From Raja brachyura (lineage: Eukaryota): 64,000 nt of DNA. Numbering within the stretch: the first letter of the stretch is position 1; each line of letters starts with the position of its first letter. The stretch lies in assembly GCA_963514005.1 (NCBI GenBank), contig OY740804.1, positions 19,468,001-19,532,000 on the forward strand, read 5' to 3'. The notes beneath the pieces were generated by a model. It had not been told where the DNA came from, made no database searches, and saw only the letters and a program-made list of their open reading frames with translations. This document shows positions 57,612-64,000 of this stretch, in pieces. The translations under genes were made by a program, and so were the position numbers.

Positions 57612-58085
57612 CAGGTTCACCTGCACTTTGTCTAACCTCATCCACTGCATCTGGTGTTCCATGTAGCTTCCGTTACATCAACAGGATGCAGCATAGATTC
57701 GGCAACCATTTTACCGAGCACTAGCGCCCGGTCTGCCAAGGCCTGCTGCATCTCTTGGCTGCTAACCATTTTTAAATCCCATGGGCCTTTCTGTCCTGGA
57801 CCTCCTCCATTGTCAAAATGAGGCCACATGCAGGCTGGAGGATAGCACCTTAAATTCCATCCGTGTAGCTCACAACCTAATGGTATGAACCTAATGGTTC
57901 TATCCTGGCCGCTGTTCTTTTCCACATTATCCCCGCTTCCCAGCATAATCAGTCTGGAGGAAGGGTTCCAAGCCAAAATCTCACCTATCCATGTTATCCA
58001 GAGATGCTGCCCACAGCAGTTACTCCAGCACTTTATATCTTTGGTTCTTTTTTTAGTAAACCAGAATTTGCAGTTCCTTATATCT
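57612..58085 (+). mobile_element. Penelope-like element 3' fragment: decayed GIY-YIG endonuclease and terminal repeat
   Basis: RFTCTLSNLIHCIWCS...FTEH...ANHF...LLHCQNEATCRLE...QPNGMN, followed by the CTGGAGGAAGGGTT...GATGCTGCC...TTACTCCAGCA repeat. Confidence 0.8.
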
Positions 58086-59661
58086 CCATACCAGAGGTGT
58101 CAGAGGTTATGGGGAAAAGGCAGGAGAATGGGGTTAGGAGGGAGAGATAGATCAGCCATGATTGAATGGCAGAATAGACTTGATGGGCCGAATGGCCTAA
58201 TTCTACTATAATTTCTGACCTTATGACCATAGATCTTCTTTACACTTGATCTACTTGTGTTGCCACTTTCAGGGAGTTGTGTATGTGGGCCCCAAGATCC
58301 CGCAGTATATCAATGCTGTTAAGGGTCTTGCAATTAACAATATACTTTTCCCTTACATTGGTCCTCCCTAAATGTTCCACCTCACCCTTGCTTAATTAGA
58401 TCAAGCCACCTGCCATTTCTCTGCTCATTTCTGTAGTTGATCTATATTCTGCTATAATCTTTAACACCGTCCTCATTTTCTGCAACTCCACTAATATAAA
58501 TATATATAATATTAAACACCCAACACAGATCCTTTTGGAACTCCATTGGTCACAGACTTCCAGCCAGAATAACACTCTTCCCCCTCAACCTTCTACCTTC
58601 TATGAGTGAGCCAGTTCTGAATCTGAATGTCCAAGTCACTATGGATCCCATGAATCTTAAATAAGGCCCTTCAGCCCAGTGCTACAAAACTACCTGGCTT
58701 AACACCTCGCAATTCCAAACACCAACCAGTTGCTGGTGAAAAAGCTGTTCATTCATTGTGTATTTCCAACCTTGTTTTGCCTGTACAAACATTTAACCCC
58801 ACACCTCTCTGGAGTAAACCTCAGTTCCCTGCCCAGCTGACCAGATTTCTCCTCCTCGGTTCTTCTTTCTCCTCATTGTCAATGACACACAGTTTTTGAA
58901 CTTCTGCAAATTGACCCATCTCTCTCTCTCTCTCTTCATCTTTCCCCTCCTCCTCCTCTGTTTGCGTGTGTGAGAGGAACTGTCTCTGCTGTGCTGTGCC
59001 ATTCTGTAATTAGACAGTTCACTTGGAGTTGGAGTTCATTACTTATCCATCAGAGCTTATAGTCTGAATGCCCAGAGCCCTATAGCTGCTGCCAGAGTGC
59101 AATGAGCTGGTTCTGATAGGGAGGGTGTTTGGTCAAACGGTGCATCAAATGGTGGCAGGAAGTGGTTGAGCCTCAGAACACTTTGCTGAACAAGAAGTAT
59201 GTGAAGCGCAAAATAGAGCTGGACTGCGGATGTAAAGCGAGAGTAGGTGAATGGTGGAGGGAGGGAGGGGGGGAGGGAGAGAGAGAGAGATAGCGAGACA
59301 CAAATGGCAATACGATGATAACCACAGAGAGAGGTTGCTAGAGATGTCAGGAACCAGCAGAAAGTGACAGAGCTGGAGAAATAGGCACAGAAATAGGGAC
59401 AGTGAGAGAAGGAGTGTTTGGATAGAGAGAGAGATAAAGAAAGATAACATCAGCAGAATGGAAGAGGGGCTGTGCATGACAGAGAGAGGGATGGAATGAG
59501 AGACCAGAGTGTCCTACCTTTATGACAGTGTGCCAGCATTTGGGCTAGCATAAAGCCAGGAAATGACCACAATGGGTTGAATGGCCTTTATATGCACTGA
59601 AAACCTGCACAAGCCTCACACTCATCGATAACCAGAGTTGATCATTAATATCTGTACTTAC

Positions 59662-59722
59662 CTACACAGACAGCAATGAGTGATGCACAGAGCAGGGAGG
59701 GCATCCTCCTCAAAGAAAACAT
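59662..59722 (-). CDS. SLAM-family receptor, signal-peptide exon
   Basis: ATG at 59722; MFSLRRMPSLLCASLIAVCV, then G|gtaagt phase-1 donor that matches the V exon (G|CT = Ala). Confidence 0.85.
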
Positions 59723-59744
59723 CTTGAAGTGATGTTTCAGCGCT

Positions 59745-59790
59745 GCGAGATTTATAATAAGAGTGAAAAGATCAGGAACTGACTCCTCCT
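59745..59790 (-). promoter_or_regulatory. Putative proximal promoter of the SLAM-like gene (TATA-like and ETS-like sites)
   Basis: TATAAA on the minus strand at 59751-59756; CAGGAACT (ETS/PU.1-like) at 59773-59780 with adjacent TGACTC. Motif matches only. Confidence 0.35.
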
Positions 59791-60097
59791 CAGACCCGCC
59801 TGTGATAGGGTAATAGGCAGCATGTTCAGCATGTGACAGAGGATACATACAGAGCAGAAACACGTTGCACTGACCTCTTCCGTACCAACATTCTGACGTG
59901 TTTGCTTTCTCATTTTGTTTTAATTAGAATCTCTATCTCAGTCTATATACATCAGTTGCTCTCTCAGTCTCATGGACCCTATTTTTGTAACTCTCTACAT
60001 ATGTGACTCTCTCTACATCGTTGCATGTATCTCTCCATACACACATCCACACACAGTCCTATTCTCTCTCTCCCTGTTTCTTTTTTTCTTCCAGTCT

Positions 60098-61090
60098 CTT
60101 TTTTTTTCAAAAACTGTATTCAGCACAAACGCATAATACATCACATCAAAACCACAATGAGAGGTTACAATACATCAAGTAATCATTATAGTACAATGTT
60201 GCATTCATTATTTACAATACTCTCAACTCCACGCAGTGACCAGCGCCCAGGGAAGGCCTCCAGAGTCCCCGTGGACACCGCGTGTTCCCTCTCCAAGGAC
60301 AAGCGCGCACAGACGTAGGCCCGGAAGAGAGGCAGGCAGCCAACTCTCGCAAGATCATCGACTGCCCGCTGCCTGGACCCGCGAATGGCCATCTTGGCCA
60401 GGTCCAGGAGCAAACTGACAGGGAGGTCCCATCCCCCACCAGCCCCCCCCCCCCCCCCCCCCCCCCCCGATCAGCTCTCCCCATTCCCTGCCTTGTGTCC
60501 AAACACTAGAATCGTGGGACTAAAATGCAACCAGAACTTGAGGAACAACCCCTTCAGATATTGGTACAGGGGCAGTAACCTCTCGCACTCCGTATACGCG
60601 TGGAACTGCAGAAAATGGAGGCGGCCGACGAGCCCGTGAACCGTTTCAAAAGTTTATTACACGCCATTGCTCTGTGCAACACTCTCCACCCCAGGTCCCT
60701 AATGTAAAGGGGGACGACCCTTGTAGAGAGACCCCCACTGGGGATTGCCCTGCCTTCAGGTGGGAAGACAGACCACCAAGGTGTGTCAGGACGGAAGACA
60801 AAGGCAAGGAGGTGCACAATGTGCAGGAGCATTCTGTACAGCATGCATCTCTTTGCATCATGGAACGGCACGCTGGGCATCTCGGAAAGGCGGCTCAGCG
60901 TGTGTGGAGCCCGCGCCCGAGAAATATCCCAGAGCCTAGTCCCAATGAGAAAATCCGAAGGAGCGAGGGTAAGCTCAGTCAGAACCACTCTAAGCACATG
61001 CCTGCCCTCGACACCCACCATGATGGGGTGAGGACCGGCCACTCCCACAGCCGCAACATGGACTGAAGACTGAAACAAGGCTGACATCAC
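60098..61090 (-). mobile_element. Tx1-clade element 3' part (same family as 8779-14113)
   Basis: DLGWRVLHRAMACN, LAKMAIRGSR, LSLEREHAVSTG; poly(A) at ~60099-60107 next to TC-rich DNA. Confidence 0.9.
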
Positions 61091-63825
61091 TGATTGACTG
61101 AAACATGGCTGACCTCACTGATTCCGGATCAGGTAATCTGCCCAACCGAGTCCTTCACTGTCCATCGTGCTGACAGAACAGAAGCATCTGGGAAATCCAA
61201 GGGTGGAGGAGTCTGCTTCATGACCAATAATAACTGGTGCAACCCTGGAAATATCAAGATGCTTTCCCGTTCCTGCTCGCCGTACCTGGAGCACCTGACG
61301 ATCTCATGCCGCCCATTCTACCTTCCCCGGGAGTTCGGCTCTGTGATCATCACAGCCGTCTACATTCCACCGCATGCGGACACCGACGTGGCACTATCGG
61401 CCCTACACCATGTGCTATGTCGACACCACAACAAGAACCCGGATGTGGCTATGGTGGTGACTGGAGATTTTAATAAATCAAAACTCAAGAAGGTCATGCC
61501 GAAATTCTACCAACACATCACGTGTGCCACCAGGGGGGAAAGGACATTGGACCACTGTTATACGCCATTCTGGTAGGGCTACAAGGCCATTTCACTCCCT
61601 CCCCTAGGAAAATCTGACCACGCTGCCATTTTCCTGCTGCCGGAGTATAAACAGAGGATAGTTCGGGAAGCGGTAGAGACGAGGGACGTAAAGCGGTGGT
61701 CCGACCAGTCAGAGGCCATGCTGCAAGATGCACTGAGCGATGTCGACTGGAATATGTTCCAAGCAAATTCCAGCGATGTCAGTGAGTTTGCGGAAGCAGT
61801 CACGGACTTCATTGCAACAATAACTGACAACATCATCCCCACGGTAAGGGTTAGCATCTTTCCGAATCAAAAAGCCTGAGTAGACAGGTCTGTTCGTGCT
61901 TGCACCGCTGCCTACAACTGGCCTGGCATCAGGAAACATGGACTTCTACAAGGTAAAGTCCTACCGACTGCGAAGGGCGGTGAAGGATGCAAAAAGGAGG
62001 TACAGGGACAAGATGGAGTCACAGATGGAGCAGCAGGACACCAGACGCCTGTGGCAGGGGCTACGGACTATAACCAACTACCGGAGCACCCCACCCTCAT
62101 CCGCAAGTGCCGGCACCTCCCCAGCTGATGACCTGAACTCTTTTTACGCACGGTTCGAGATGGGCAACACCACCCCAGATCTGCCACCAGCGGGCTGGCT
62201 AACGAAGCTGATGGGAGGAATGAGCACACATTCTCGCTGTCCGAGCACAATGTGAGGAGGGCTCTGACACGGGTGAACACGAGGAAAGCTGCAGGACCCG
62301 ATGGCATCTCGGGACGAGTACTTAAGTCCTGTGCTACGCAGCTAGCTCTGGTGCTCACTACAATATTCAACCTCTCCCTGGACAAGTCCGTAGTCCCTGC
62401 CTGCTTCAAAAGATCCACCATTGTACCTGTACCAAAGAATGCCTCCCCAGCCTGTCTGAATGACTACCGTCCGGTGGCCCTCGCCTCGGTAGTCATGAAA
62501 TGCTTTGAGAGGCTGGTGAAGAAACACATCTGCGCCTTCCTCCCTCACAACATGGACCCGTTACAATTTGCATACCATCTGAACAGATCCATGGACGATG
62601 TTGTCTCCCAGGTTTTGCATACCGCTCTCTCCCATCTTGACAGCCAGAAGGGGGGCTACGTGAGGATGCTGTTCATAGACTTCAGTTCAGCCTTCAACAC
62701 GATAGTCCCCACCAGACTGGCCGAGAAGCTGCTGGAATTAGGGCTCAACACCCCACTGTGTGCCTGGGTCCTGGACTTTCTCACCACCAGGCCCCAGGTA
62801 GTCAAGATGGGAGGGAATACATGGAAGTCCCTCACCCTGAGCACAGGATCCCCCCAGGGTTGCGTCCTCAGCCCCCTGTTGTACTCCCTGTACACACATG
62901 ACTGTGTGGCTAGGTTCAGCTCCAACTCGATAATCAAGTTTGCTGATGACACCGTGGTGGTGGGCCTGATCTCAGACAACGATGTGAAGGCCTACCGAGA
63001 GGAGGTAGCTGATCTGGCACTCTGGTGTCAGGACAACAGCCTCCTCTTGAACATCAAAAAAACAAAGGAGCTGATCGTGGACTTTAGGAGGGCACATCAT
63101 CCGAGGACGTACACACCATTGAGGATAAATGGGGATACTGTGGATAGGGTGAGCTGTTTTAAATACCTGGGAGCCCACATCTCTGAGGATCTGACATGGA
63201 CATCGCACGCTGCAGCACTTGTGAGTAAGGCAAGGCAGCGCCTTTACCACCTCAGGCAATTGAGGAAATTCAGAGTGTCTCTGAGGATCCTCCAGTGCTT
63301 CTATTCTGCGGCTGTGGAAAGCATCTTGTCCGGAAACATTACAATCTGGTTTGGGAATTGCTCTGCCCAGGACAAGAAGGCTCTGCAGACAGTAGTGCGT
63401 TCGGCTGATCGCACTATGGGGACTTCTCTCGCCCCTCTGCAGGAACTATACATCAGGAGGTGCAACTCCAGAGCCAATAAGACAATGGGAGACCCCTTCC
63501 ACCCTTGCAATGGACTGTTCCAGCTGCTACGGTCAGGCAAATGCCTCCATTGCCATGCTGTGAGAACGGAGAGGATGAGAAGGGGTTTCATCCCAGAGGC
63601 CATTCAGACTGTAAACTCCTATCTCACCAGGGACTAACTCTACTACAGTTACTGTACCACAATACCGCCCACAATATTTTATTAAGGAAAAGAACATGTG
63701 ATTCTGTTTGTAGTATGTTGGTTGTTTGTTTGTTTTTTGCACAAAGTCCGTAGGCACTGCCACTTTTCATTTCACTGCACAACCCGTATGTGTATGTGAC
63801 GAATAAACTTGACTTGACTTGACTT
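61091..63825 (+). mobile_element. Rex/Babar-clade LINE (APE+RT, few lesions) inserted into Tx1
   Basis: LTETWL, GGGVC, GDFN, LDHCY, SDH (APE); ORF 62252-63637 with FIDFSSAFNT, GSPQGCVLSP, KFADD; (CTTGA)n tail ending 63825. Confidence 0.93.
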
Positions 63826-64000
63826 CAACATCCCCCTCCCCTGTGAGGCAACACCCTGGCTGAAAACAGCCAAATTCCTCACTCTCAGCACATCACGATA
63901 GAAACTAGGCAAACCCCGTAAGGCGGGTCGACTGATGCCCGCCACCAGGAGCCACGAAACCCCCCTTAGGCAACGACCCCGACGGTAAAAATACGTGGCC
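63826..64000 (-). mobile_element. Tx1 ORF2 continuation (runs off the window)
   Basis: Minus strand RPALRGLPSFYRDVLRVRNL, the L1/Tx1 LPxFYxxxL region that precedes the 60098-61090 segment. Confidence 0.7.

Noticed and set aside
59145-59477. Hydrophobic ORF as a SLAM signal or TM exon
   Set aside because: Derived from (GA)-rich simple sequence; a proper signal exon with a consensus donor exists at 59662-59722.
61080-63835. TSD for the Rex/Babar insertions
   Set aside because: Only ~5-bp ambiguous matches (ACATC here; CAGAG for 49808-52007); not convincing.

Overview
Eukaryotic, repeat-dense vertebrate DNA. The repeat families (CR1, HE1/V-SINE, Penelope terminal repeats, Rex/Babar, Tx1, DIRS1) point to a cartilaginous fish, probably a skate or ray (inference). 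One host gene is supported: a minus-strand SLAM/CD2-family immune receptor (44048-59722) with signal peptide, Cys-less V-Ig, 4-Cys C2-Ig, TM and an ITSM-bearing tail. The rest is nested mobile DNA that can largely be unpicked from TIRs and TSDs. (1) A 15 kb hAT-bounded interval (954-15965, perfect 8-bp TSD) holds a CR1 piece, a decayed DIRS1 and a near full-length Tx1. (2) A hAT>Penelope>hAT nest lies at 18352-20875. (3) A probable long solo LTR lies at 26713-28168. (4) One L1 ORF2 (~28830-43675) was hit four times within ~670 bp: a Harbinger element, another L1, and two convergent DIRS1 tyrosine-recombinase retrotransposons. The DIRS1 at 32760-37539 looks intact (gag, RT/RNaseH/MT, YR, ITRs, ICR). 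The most novel signal is in these DIRS1 copies. The YR ORF has no start codon, but a splice donor (ATG GAG|gtaggt) sits two codons into pol in all three copies, and an in-frame acceptor (ttaatttgcag|ATT) sits at the YR start in both copies that retain it. This suggests the whole pol ORF is spliced out as an intron to make the recombinase. All coordinates were read by eye; no searches were run.
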